From Eledone cirrhosa (Eukaryota), in NCBI GenBank assembly GCA_964016885.1, contig OZ024754.1, forward strand, positions 12,462,001 through 12,526,000: a stretch of DNA of 64,000 bases, in the 5' to 3' direction. A model generated the notes under the pieces. It was not told where the DNA came from and searched no databases. It was given only the letters and a program-made list of their open reading frames with translations. The position numbers and the translations under genes were made by a program. Positions 23,432-36,014 of this stretch are shown one piece after another (positions within the stretch are counted from its first letter, which is position 1; each line of letters starts with the position of its first letter).

Positions 23432-23835
23432 ATGATTGTTTCTACTTTTGGCACAAGGCCAGCAATTACCCCAGTGCATTACTGGTACTTTATTTTATCA
23501 ACCCCGTAAGGATGAAAGGCAAAGTTAACCTCGGCGGGATTTGAAATCAGACTGTAAAGGGATGTAACTATGCTAGAAAGCATGGCGTCCAACCCTCTAC
23601 CGATACTGCCAATTCACTGCCCAGTAGATAAATAACTGTCTCTACTTTAGGCACAAGGTCAGCAATTACCCAGTGCATTACTGGTACTTTATTTTATCAA
23701 CCCTGTAAGGATGAAAGGCAAAGTTAACCTCAGCTGGATTTGAACTCAGATCGTAAAGGGACATAACTATGGTGGAAAGCATGGCGTCCGACCCTCTACC
23801 GATACTGCCAATCCACTGCCCAGTAGATAAATAAC
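23432..23835 (-). mobile_element. Tandem dimer of Nin/Deu-domain SINE
   Basis: Two full copies, each bounded by gtagataaat. Confidence 0.8.
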
Positions 23836-23839
23836 AATA

Positions 23840-24240
23840 TCTGTTGAGGCTGTCATAGTCACATCTTCCTTCTCGTCCTTTTGTCAGAAAGGTCCTTGTT
23901 TCTTGTCTCCTTGGCTGTCTGTACACCCTGTCTGACAGTGAGGCACCACCAAGCTGCATGTTTACATGCACATCATTTCCAGGATGGAGGGGAGGTGTTT
24001 ATGTTGTACAGTTCTATGTCTTTGTAGCACAGGTGTGGCCATTCCATTAATCGTGATCCCTCAGTAAGTTCATCTAAAGGATAGGGATGTGGAGTGTGAC
24101 TGTGGCACTGAACCACAGACTGTGTAACACCTGGTATGTCCCCTTCTGGAACACCCCTGGACAGCATTGGATTTGGCAGAGTTTAATGAGAAAGGACAGC
24201 AATGTATTCAGTTGTGGCAGAATCACATCTAGCCAAGCTT
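23840..24240 (+). pseudogene. Highly decayed non-LTR retrotransposon C-terminus
   Basis: gagtgtgactgtggcactgaaccacagactgtgtaacacctggtatgtccc translates as ECDCGTEPQTV*HLVCP, a CCHC-knuckle-like motif. Confidence 0.4.
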
Positions 24241-24699
24241 TGTAGCTGACACTCTTGTGGACACTAAAAGAAGTTAGTTACTTCATCATCCAATAAGTCT
24301 TTTGGAATGTGACCCAAGGTCATTCTCCTGCCATGGCCAAGCTGATGAACACACCTCTAGCCTCAGTATGTGACAACCCATCTAACCCATGAAAACATGG
24401 AAAATAGACCCTAAATCATGATGATGCTAATGATGATAATGACATTAAATACTAACAGAATATCGTGTCTATCTTCTCTAGCACAGGTAATTGTGAAAAT
24501 TAGATTTAGAAGAAAATTAAGAATTCCATGTCATAGAAACTTCCCCGAGAATCAATATATATTGTATCTGAATGCAGAATTTGTTAGGAATTTCAAGAGG
24601 AATGCTACTGGGCTTGGTTTTGTTTCTATGTGAAGCCATTAAGGAACAGACATTTCGATTGGCAGGTGTACCTCAATTAATTGTTGCCTTTATCAACCA

Positions 24700-24918
24700 A
24701 CACTAACAATATCATCATCATCATCTCCATCAACTAATACAAATACCAATAATACCAACAACACCAACAACACTAACAGCAACAACACTGAAACCCCACA
24801 AAACAACAACACCACCACCACCACCACCACCACCACCACCACCAACAACAACAACACCACTACCAGCTCCCCTCACCCTCACCACAACACTAACAGCAAC
24901 AACACTACAAACCCCACC

Positions 24919-24950
<32 letters not shown>

Positions 24951-25275
24951 CACCACCACCAACAACAACATCATCACCACCACTATCAGTTCCCCCAACC
25001 CCACCAACACCACCACCAACAACAACATCATCACCACCACTATCAGCTCCCCCAACCCCACCACCACAACCAACAACAACATGACCTTTAACAACGTCAG
25101 CAACAATGCTATCACCATCAAGACCACCAACAATAACACTGTCGCCACCATTACTCCAACCACTTCGACCATGGTTGACCTAGGGCTAAACAACACTGCC
25201 CCTAACAAACCTATTTCCAAATGCAATGATTCCACATCTCATCATATCTTCCTCACTTACCATCACCACCACCAT

Positions 25276-25319
<44 letters not shown>

Positions 25320-25347
25320 TTACTACTACTACTACTACTTCTACCAT

Positions 25348-25380
<33 letters not shown>

Positions 25381-25720
25381 CATTACTACTACCACCACCA
25401 CCACCACCATCACCACCATTACTACTACCACCACCACCACCACCACTAACACTACTACTACTACTGCCACTGCCAATGCCACCACTACTACTACTATTAC
25501 TGCCACTACTACTATTACCACCACCACCACTATAACTATTACTACTACCACCACCACCACTACTATCACCACTACTACTACCGCTACCACTACTACTATT
25601 ACTGCCACTACTAATATTACCACCACCACCACCACCACCACTATAACTATTACTACTACCACCACCACCACCATACTACCACCACCACCACTACTACCAC
25701 CACTACTACTACTATCACAC
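24700..25720. repeat. Compound (CAA/CAC/CTA)n trinucleotide region
   Basis: Mixed trinucleotide runs. Confidence 0.85.
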
Positions 25721-25769
25721 ACCTTATGTTGTCTTGCTCCTTCTAGTTTCCTCCAAGAGATTTAGTGTC

Positions 25770-27690
25770 ATTATGAGAGACTGATGAATGTGGAGAACGA
25801 ATGGGAGAGAGAGAAATTACCCTCAGTAGATCCGACAGAGGGACCAGCTATTGAGATTGACGAATATAGGGTCCAAGAGGTGATTAAGGAAATGAAAAAT
25901 GGTAAGGCTGCTGGACCATCAGGAATAGTTGCTGAAATGCTGAAGGCATCAGGGGATGTAGGCACTAAACTGGTTCCGACAGAGGGACCAGCTATTGAGA
26001 TTGACAAATATAGGGTCAAAGAGGCGATTAAGGAAATGAAAAATGGTAAGGCTGCTGGACCATCGGGAATATATGCTGAGATGCTGAAGGCATCAGGGAC
26101 GTAGGCACTAAACTGGTTGCACGCATGATCAATCAGGCTATATATGGTGGTGTCATACCCAAAGACTGGTGCAGCAGTATTCTCATAAATTGCTACAAAG
26201 GTAAAGGAGATGCTCTGGAGAGGAGCAATTATAGGGGCATAAAACTGATGCATCAGGTTATGAAAGTGGCAGAAAGGATATTAGCACAACTAATTAGAGA
26301 AAGGGTCAAACTAGATGAGATGCAGTTTGGTTTTGTGCCTGGGAAGAGTACAACAGATGCCCTCTTCTTGGTGTGACAATTGCAAGAGAGATTCTTAGAT
26401 AAAAATAAGCCCATATACTTAGCCTTTGTTGACCTAGAGAATGCCTTTGATAGGGTACCCCGATCTGTCATCTGGTGGCCCCTAAGGAAACTAGGTGTTG
26501 AGGAATGGCTTGTGAGGAGAGTGCAAACTTTGTACAGAGGTACTGTCAGTGAAGTCAGGGTAGGAATAGAGTTTAGTGAGGAATTCCAGATACAAGTAGG
26601 AGTACATCAAGGTTCGGTCCTCAGCCTGCTCTTGTTCATTATAGTCCTCCAAGCCATAACAGAGGAGTTTAAGACTGGCTCTCCATGGGAACTTCTCTAT
26701 GCTGACGATCTGGTTCTTATAGCAGAATCAGTAGAGGAGCTAGAGAATAAATTCCGGCTATGGAAACAGCAGTTGGAAGCAAGAGGACTGAGAGTAAACC
26801 TAGCTAAGACAAAGGTGTTGATGAGTAGAAAAGAGGACAAAACTCTGATTCCGTCAGGGAAATGCCCATGTTCGATATGCAGAAAATGAACTGGCATAAA
26901 TTCTATAAAATGCACACAATGTAGATCCTGGGTACACAAGAGATGTAGCGGGATAGTAGGCAAACTAACAGGTAGGTAGAAATATGTATGCAGTAGATGT
27001 ACAGGGAAATTAGACAGTAGAAGTCGCATTGATAGACACATTTTTCAAATACAGGCGGGTGCTATAGAAGTGGTGGATAGCTTCCGGTACCTAGGAGATC
27101 AGATTAGCATAGGAGGGGGGTGTTCCGAGGCCATAGTATCTAGAATAAGGATGGGTTGGAAGAAGTTTAGGGAGCTGCTTCCTCTGCTGACGAAGAAGGG
27201 TTTCTCCCTGAGTACGAAAGACCGGTTATATGATGCCTGTGCGAGGAGCTCAATGTTGCATGGTAGTGAGACATGGGCAGCAACTGCAGAGGATATGCGA
27301 TGGCTGGAGAGAAATGAGGCAAGCATGCTCCATTGGATGTGCAATGTCAATGTGCGTGAACGACCCAGCATGAATGTGTTGAGAGAGAAACTGTGTCTGA
27401 GAGGGATAGAATGTAGTGTACGGGGGAGGAGACTGAGGTGGTATGGACATGTGATGCGCATGGAGGATGACCAATGGGTGAAGAAGTGCCAGGAAATGCC
27501 AGTTGAAGGAAGACGTGGTAGAAGTAGATCACACAAAACATGGGCAGAGGTCGTGAGAACAGACCTCAGATCGCTGAAGCTCACGGTGGAGATGACGAAG
27601 GACCGTGACAAGTGGAGAGATGCTGTGCTGAATAAGGCCCATCCCACCCTTGCAAGCAGGGAAGAGTGGACATATGATGATGATGATGAG
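25770..27690 (+). mobile_element. 5'-truncated RTE LINE pseudogene with stops and an internal tandem duplication
   Basis: Fragmented ORFs 25784-27768 with QFGF, HQGSVLS, YADD and RLRWYGHV; block PTEGPAIEID..LKASG duplicated at the 5' end; (TGA)n tail. Confidence 0.92.
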
Positions 27691-27712
27691 GATAATCAAG
27701 ATTTAGTTTCAA

Positions 27713-27942
27713 CTAGCAGAATGACCCGGCGTTGCTCGGGATTTGCTCTAGGGTTCTTATATATTTGATATATATTTATCCTTCTCGAGCCTCGTGGAGT
27801 AAATACGTTTGTTTATATTTTGTTATTGTGTATGCAAAAATATCTGTACATGAATATAGTTATGGTCTTTTACAATGCTGTCTTTTAGGGGTATTTAGGG
27901 TGATATTATTGGAGAGCATCCTGTGCTTAAGATAGTATGTGA
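27713..27942 (-). mobile_element. Short non-autonomous Helitron
   Basis: A|CTAG then hairpin cccggc-gtt-gctcggg (3' end on minus strand, as at 52978); putative 5' TC at 27942 (tcacatactatcttaag). Confidence 0.55.
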
Positions 27943-28490
27943 TTCAAGGGAGATTTTACTACTATTTCTAGTTGATCAAATGACCACATAGTGGCTTTCT
28001 TCTTCTTCTTCTTCTTCTTCTTCACCTTCTTTCTCTTCTTCTTCTTCACCTTCTTGCTTCTTCTTTCTCCTCTTTTTTTATCTTCTTCTTGTTCTTGTTC
28101 TTCTTCTTCTTCCTTCTCTTTTTTCCCTTCTTCTTCTTCTTCACCTTCTTCTTCTTCTTCTTCTTCTTCTTCTTCTTCTTCTTCTTCTTCTTCACCTTCT
28201 TCTTCTTCTACTTCTACTTCACCTTCTCCCCCCCCCCCTCCCCCTCCTCATCCTCTGTGACAGATGCTAACGATTGCTAGCAAAGAAGGAGAACAAGTTG
28301 TGATGAGAATCATGTCTTTATGTGTTGTTATGTCCCTCTTATGTTTAACCCTTTCATTACCATATTCTTAATGAAATATTTTGCATTTTAATTAAGAATT
28401 TTGGAAGGATTTACTAAAATGATAATTTCATTAAGATGGTATTTGTAACATAAAGTGTTTTTATATTAAATTATGTTGGAAGGTTTTAAT

Positions 28491-29595
28491 TTAACCCTTT
28501 AGCATTTACATTATTCTATATATACTACTGTATTTTCATGGTAGAGGCTTTACCTCACATAATTATCTCACATAACATTCACATTATTCTATATATACTA
28601 CTGTATTTTCATGGTAGAGGCTTTACCTCACATAATTATCTCACATAACATTTACATTACTCTATATATACTACTGTATTTTCATGGTAGAGGCTTTACC
28701 TCACATAATTATCTCACATAACATTTACATTACTCTATATATACTATTGTATTTTCATGGTAAAGGCTTTACCTCACATAATATCTCACATAACATTCAC
28801 ATTACTCTATATATTCTATTGTATTTTCATGGTAGAGGCTTTACCTCACATAATTACCTCACATAACATTTACATTACTCTATATATACTATTGTATTTT
28901 CATGGTAGAGGCTTTACCTCACATAATTATCTCACATACCATTTACATTACTATATATATACTACTGTATTTTCACAGTAAAGGCTTTACCTCACATAAT
29001 TATCTCACATAACATTTACATTACTCTATATATACTACTGTATTTTCATGGTAAAGGCTTTACCTCACATAATTATCTCACATAACATTTACATTACTCT
29101 ATATATACTATTGTATTTTCATGGTAAAGGCTTTACCTTACATAATTATCTCACATAACATTTACATTACTCTATATATACTATTGTATTTTAATGGTAT
29201 AGGCTTTACCTCACATAATTACCTCACATAACATTTACATTACTCTATATATACTATTGTATTTTCATGGTAAAGGCTTTACCTCACATAATTATCTCAC
29301 ATAACATTTACATTACTCTATATATACTACTGTATTTTCATGGTAAAGGCTTTACCTCACATAATTACCTCACATAACATTTACATTACTATATATATAT
29401 ACTACTGTATTTTCATGGTAAAGGCTTTACCTCACATAATTACCTCACATAATATCGAATCTATGAGATTTTGAAAGTATTTATTTTGAGAACAATACCT
29501 TAACATCAGTATGGGTGACCAGTTATAGCCAGTTTCAACAGAAAGAGGTAGAGAATTCTGGCCGGTTTTGGCCGGTTTCAACATTAAAGGGTTAA
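28491..29595 (+). mobile_element. piggyBac-like MITE with 13 x 73-bp internal tandem array
   Basis: TTAA-CCCTTTAG ... TAAAGGG-TTAA; array 28503-29452; appears nested in an older ttaaccctttc MITE starting near 28345. Confidence 0.8.
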
Positions 29596-29745
29596 GTAGA
29601 GACCCTTTAAAATAGATGGTTCTGTTTCATCAAAACTGGAATGGTTTGGGGGTGGGTGGGTATGAAAATATTCAATGTTTGTGACACATTGTGGTTTATG
29701 TAATGTAGGCCATGTGTTGCAGTGTGTAGTGTAGTGTGTGGCTAT

Positions 29746-29813
<68 letters not shown>

Positions 29814-30489
29814 TATGTAGCTATGAGTGTATGTAATATGTAGCTATGAGTGTGTGTGTGTATGTAATATGTAGCTATGAGAGTGTGTGTGTATGTAATG
29901 TGTAGCTATGAGAGTGTGTGTGTGTGTGTATGTAATGTGTAGCTATGAGAGTGTGTGTGTGTGTGTATGTAATGTGTAGCTATGAGAGTGTGTGTGTGTG
30001 TATGTAATGTGTAGTTATGAGAGTGTGTGTGTGTGTATGTAATGCGTAGCTATGAGAGTGTGTGTGTGTGTGTATGTATGTAATGTGTAGCTATGAGTGT
30101 GTGTGTGTGTGTGTGTATTGTCTATGGGATGTGTGTGTGTGTGTCTATGAGATATATGTGTGTGTGCGTGTGTATTGTCTATGAGAGTGTGTGTGTGTAT
30201 TGTCTATGTGTGTGTGTCTATGAGATGTTTGTGTTTGCAAATACATTGTCTTTGTGGTGAATATGTGTGTATTTACACATGCCTGATCTGTGTGTATGTG
30301 GTGTGTATATTTACATATACATGGTATATGTGGTGTGTATATTTACACATACATGGTATATGTGGTGTGTATATATACACATACATGGTATATGTGGTGT
30401 GTATATTTACATATACCATGTATATGTGGTGTGTATAATTACATATACATGGTGTATGTGGTGTGTATATTTACACATGTATTGTCTTT

Positions 30490-31060
30490 GTCGTGTGGGT
30501 ATTTACACATGTATTATAAATATGGTGTGTGTATTTACACATGTATTATAAATGTGGTGTGTGTATTTACACATGTATTATAAATGTGGTGTGTATTTAC
30601 ACATGTATTATTAATGTAGTGTGTGTATTTACACATGTATTATTAATGAGGTGTGTGTATTTACACATGTATTATAAATGTGGTGTGTGTATTTACACAT
30701 GTATTATAAATGTGGTGTGTGTATTTACACATGTATTATTAATGTAGTGTGTGTATTTACACATGTATTATTAATGTGGTGTGTGTATTTACACATGTAT
30801 TATAAATGTGGTGTGTGTATTTACACATGTATTATTAATGTAGTGTGTGTATTTACACATGTATTATTAATGTGGTGTGTGTATTTACACATGTATTATA
30901 AATGTGGTATTTACACATGTATTGTCAATGTGGTGTGTGTATTTACACATGTATTATTAATGTGGTGTGTCTATTTACACATGTATTATTAATATGGTGT
31001 GTGTATTTACACATGTATTATTAATGTGGTGTGTGTATTTACACATGTATTATTAATGTG
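30490..31060. repeat. About 32-bp minisatellite
   Basis: Unit gtgtgtatttacacatgtattat(a/t)aatgtggt. Confidence 0.85.
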
Positions 31061-31374
31061 TAAAGAGCAGTGGATTGGCAGTATCAGTAGAGAGTGGGAC
31101 TCCATGCTTTTCAGTATGGAGCTACGCCCCTTTACGGCCTGAGTTAAAATCCCGCCGAGGTAAACTTTACCTTTCATCCTTACAGGGTCGACAAAATATA
31201 GTACCAGTAATACACTGGGATAATTGCAGGCCTTGTGCCAAAAGTAGAAACAATTATTAATGTGGTATATGTATTTAGGTATACATGGACCGTGACAAGT
31301 GGAGAGATGCTGAATAGGACCCATCCCACCCTTGCAAGCAGGGAAAAGCGGACGTACAATGATGATGATGATGA

Positions 31375-32680
31375 TGAACGTGACCTGGGCATTACGGTCA
31401 GCAGCGATTTGCGTTGGACGAAGCACGTCTCTAAAATTGTCAGGAAGGCCAAGGGTGTCTTAGCATCACTCAGCAAGACCTTTGTCAGCCGCTCTCCAGC
31501 TATCTATTTAAGGCTGTACATGACTATGGTGCGGTCACACTTAGAATTTGCATCACCAATCTGGAACGCCTATCTTGCTCAGAACATTGACTGCCTGGAA
31601 ACTGTTCAGAGATGTGCAACCAAGCGAATACCCTCCGTCAGACATCTACTATACTCTGAACGCCTTGCTTCCCTGGGCATGGATACACTGAAGCTCCGAC
31701 GCCTGGCAACTGACTTGGCAAATGCCCACAAAATTGTTAACCATCGTGCCAACAAGAACCCTGAGTACCTTTTTGATTTCCATGTGTCTAACACACGTGG
31801 ACATGCCCACAAAGTCAGAAAACAACACAGTTCCCATGACTTTCGGAAACATTTTTTCACACTCAGAGTTGCTGAAGCATGGAACAAACTACCTGCATCA
31901 GTTGTTAGCCGTCGAGATACTGCATCCTTTAAAACCTCCATGGAACAAACTACCTGCATCAGTTGTTAGCTGTCGAGACACTGCATCCTTTAAAACCTCC
32001 ACGGAACAAACTACCTGCATCAGTTGTTAGCTGTCGAGACACTGCACCCTTTAAAACCTCCACGGAACAAACTACCTGCATCAGTTGTTAGCCGTCGAGA
32101 CACTGCATCCTTTAAAACCTCCATGGAACAAACTACCTGCATCAGTTGTTAGCTGTCGAGACACTGCATCCTTTAAAACCTCCATGGAACAAACTACCTG
32201 CATCAGTTGTTAGCTGTCGAGACACTACATCCTTTAAAACCTCCACGGAACAAACTACCTGCATCAGTTGTTAGCTGTCGAGACACTGCATCCTTTAAAA
32301 CCTCCATGGAACAAACTACCTGCATCAGTTGTTAGCTGTCGAGACACTGCATCCTTTAAAACCTCCATGGAACAAACTACCTGCGTCAGTTGTTAGCTGT
32401 CGAGACACTGCATCCTTTAAAACCTCCATGGAACAAACTACCTGCGTCAGTTGTTAGCTGTCGAGACACTGCATCCTTTAAAACCTCCATGCTTCTCGAG
32501 ATTTGCCAACACTATACCTGATGTCCCCCCTCCATACACACACACACACACATGTATACCATGACTCATACACTATTCACTTCCCTGACATTTGTACATT
32601 ATTCTATGTACTATACATGCACCTTTGACGAGTTGTAGTGCACCTGAGCACTGTACACAATAATTTCATTATATATTATA
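31375..32680 (+). mobile_element. CR1-type LINE 3' fragment with 10 x 61-bp tandem expansion
   Basis: ERDLGI, VRSHLEFASPIW, LETVQR, TRGH, FFTLRVAEAWNKLP; array 31878-32487; preceded by an RTE tail at 31285-31377. Confidence 0.9.
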
Positions 32681-32911
32681 TGATGATGGTCTATGTGTGT
32701 GTATTTACACGTGCCGTGTTTATATGGTGTGTGTGTTTACACATGCATGTGGCATGTGCTGTATAAGTGTGTCTATACAAACAATTGTATAAATATGGAG
32801 TATGTAATACATGCAGTGCGTTTCGTTAGTGTGTGTGTGTGTGTGTGTGTTTATGAGAGAGACTGTACGCATATGTGTGGCTTCTCTGTGTGATGTATAC
32901 GGTGCGTATAT

Positions 32912-33017
<106 letters not shown>

Positions 33018-33103
33018 TCTATGTATATATCATCATCATCATCATCATTTAACATCCATCTTCCACGCTAGCATGGGTTAGACAGTTTTGTTCCATTTGA
33101 TGT

Positions 33104-33147
<44 letters not shown>

Positions 33148-33349
33148 GTACACACACATATATATCTGTATACACACATACATATATATATATATGTATA
33201 CATATATATGTATGCATATATATATATATATGTATACATACATATATATATATATATATGTATACATACATATATATATATATGTATACATATGTATATG
33301 TATACATACATACATATATATATGTATACATACATACATATATATATGT

Positions 33350-33407
<58 letters not shown>

Positions 33408-33643
33408 ACATATATATATGTATGTATACATATACATATATATATATATGTATGTATACATATATATATATGTATGCATATATATATATGCATACATATA
33501 TATATATATATGAATACATATATATATGTATACATATATATATATATATGCATACATATATATACATGTGTATACATATATATATATATGTATGTGTGTA
33601 TACAGATATATATGTGTGTATACAGATATCTATGTGTGTGTAC

Positions 33644-33701
<58 letters not shown>

Positions 33702-34069
33702 GTATACATCAAATGGAACAAAACTGTCTAACCCATGCTACCGTGGAAGATGGACATTAAATGATGATGATGATGATGAATACATAGACCTATATATATA
33801 TATATATATATGTGTGTATATATAGGTGTGTGTCCATAGTATATATATCACTTGAACAGTAACACCTGACTGATTTATACAGCAAGTTGTTACCATAGCA
33901 ACATTGACATGTGAATGGCAACTGTAATTATTTACTATTTACAGGATTTAAACCATACTGGTATAGCAGTTGGTCAGGATATACATACATTGATTACACA
34001 CACATGTATATATACATACACACAGGTCAGCTCTATATGTGTGTGCACGATTTATATATATATATATAT

Positions 34070-34425
34070 GGAGGCACATGGCTTAGTGGTTAGAGCATTG
34101 GCCTTGCAATCGAAAGGTTGTGAGTTCAATTCTCAGACCGGGTGATGTGTTGTTTCCTTGAGCAAGACACTTTATTTCACATTGCTCCAGTTTACTCAGC
34201 TGTAGAAATGAAATGATAGGGACTGAGGTCCTTATCATTCCACTGTAAAGTGGTCGTGCAGGTGCCACGGCAAAAAAAGCACCCAGCACTCACTGTAACT
34301 GAGGTTAGTGTTAGGAAGGGCATCCAGCTGTAGAAATCAAGCCAGAATCAGTTCCCGACCCACCCTTGCAAGCAGGGAAAAAGCGGACGCAAAATGAAAT
34401 GAGGATGATGATGATGATGATGATG
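34070..34425 (+). mobile_element. tRNA-derived SINE with RTE-derived tail
   Basis: Full-length copy of the 10455-10795 family. Confidence 0.88.
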
Positions 34426-34505
34426 TTTATCCTGGGATCAATCGGAGGTAACCACATTAAGTAAGGTACTCAATACATAGCAGAGTATAAATATTTAATA
34501 TGGAA

Positions 34506-34560
34506 ATAGTTTCTACAGGACTAGAACTGTTTCATTTGATATAAATCATCAGGAAGCTAT
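34506..34560 (-). ncRNA. Type I hammerhead ribozyme with very short stem II
   Basis: Minus strand: atagcttc CTGATGA ttt-atatc-aaat GAAA cag-ttCTAGtc-ctg TA gaaactat. Confidence 0.68.
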
Positions 34561-34599
34561 ATCAAATAAATATAAATATATATATGTGTGTGTGTGTAT

Positions 34600-34890
34600 A
34601 TCGTCATCAGCATCATCATCACCGTTTTACGTCCGTTCTTCCAAGCTAGCATGGGTTAGACGGGTTGTCCTGTTGTGGGCAGTGTCCGGTCGGCTGACCT
34701 TGTCTTGCTCATACGGGAACTGATTCTGGCTTGATTTCTACAGCTGGATGCCCTTCCTAACACCAACCTCATTTACAGTGAGTGCTGGGTGCTTTTTTTT
34801 TGCCGTGGCACCTACACGTCCACTTTACAGTGTGGGCTGGGTGCTCTTTTGCCGTGGCGCCTCCACAACCTCTTTGCAGTGGGAGGGGTT
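34600..34890 (-). mobile_element. Non-autonomous RTE-derived short retroelement
   Basis: Near-identical to 12905-13190. Confidence 0.7.
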
Positions 34891-35040
34891 GGGGGCTATA
34901 TATATATATATTTTGTAGTTTAGACAGTAAACAAAAAACCCCAAAAAACAACATGGAAGCAAAGAGGCAGTACAAAATGTTAATATTAGTTTCACGCTTG
35001 AGAGTGGGGTGGGGGTGACATATATATATATTTTTTTGTA

Positions 35041-35250
35041 GTGAAGGCACGTGGCTGAGTGGTTAGAGAATCGGATTTGCAATTGTGAGGTTGTGATTTT
35101 GATTCCCTGACCAATTGATGCGTTATGTCCTTGAGCAAGACATTTTATTTCACTTTGCTCCTTCTACCTGGATTTGCCACCGACAGATAGTATTAGCAAT
35201 TGGAAAGACCAATGGCAACTGTGTCCTCGGTCCAATTTGACAAGCTCCAC
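35041..35250 (+). mobile_element. tRNA-derived SINE
   Basis: Same family as 6668-6888 and 49951-50170. Confidence 0.78.
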
Positions 35251-36014
35251 CCCACTTATTAAGTGAATGAGATCTGGGATCTTGTTGACCGACTATCGAA
35301 CGCGTCACGAGGCAGTACTTTTTTGACCACTGTATCATGTGTTAATTTCTCCCTCCATTTCTAGAGAATTTCTTACTTGCTACGAACGCGTCAGGAAACG
35401 GTCTTTTTAATCCTTAAAACAGCAAGAGCTCAGTTGTTGGGTCCCAAATTTTTGAGAGATATGTATACTTGTGTAGAGGTGTGTAGAGAGAGGGCGGTGT
35501 ATGTGTGAGAACGTGTAAAGGTGTGAGTGAGTGTGTATGGAGAGAGATGTGTCTACATGTGCATGTGTAGAGAGAGGGAAGTATGTATGTGTGTGGAGAG
35601 AGAGAGAGAGAGAGAGAGGGGGGTATGTCTATAGAGAAGTGTATGTGTGAATGTATTTATGATACAGTGGTAGGAAATATAAATATTATATTGTTTCTCT
35701 ACATCAAGGAGGGTGTTTGAGAGAGAGAGAGAGAGAGAGTATGCATGATATTAGTATGAGAGAGTGAGAGAAAGAGAGAGAGAGGGGGGGGAGTGTGAGA
35801 GAGAGGGGGGGGTGCGAGAGAGGGGGGGGGGTGAGACAGAGAGTGATAGGGGGGTGAGAGAGAGGGAAAGAGTGTGTATAGTTCTATCTTGTCAGCTTTA
35901 TTAAAATTATTCAGAAAATTTTACATTTCAAATTCAGTAAATATAGAAATAAATAAATAAATAAGTGGAAAGAATCTAAACATTGAAGAAAGTCAGACTT
36001 ATTAAGACTGATGT

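Noticed and set aside
34070-34145. tRNA gene (GCA anticodon-like) at SINE heads
   Set aside because: No acceptor-stem closure, and the sequence continues into a SINE core and tail.
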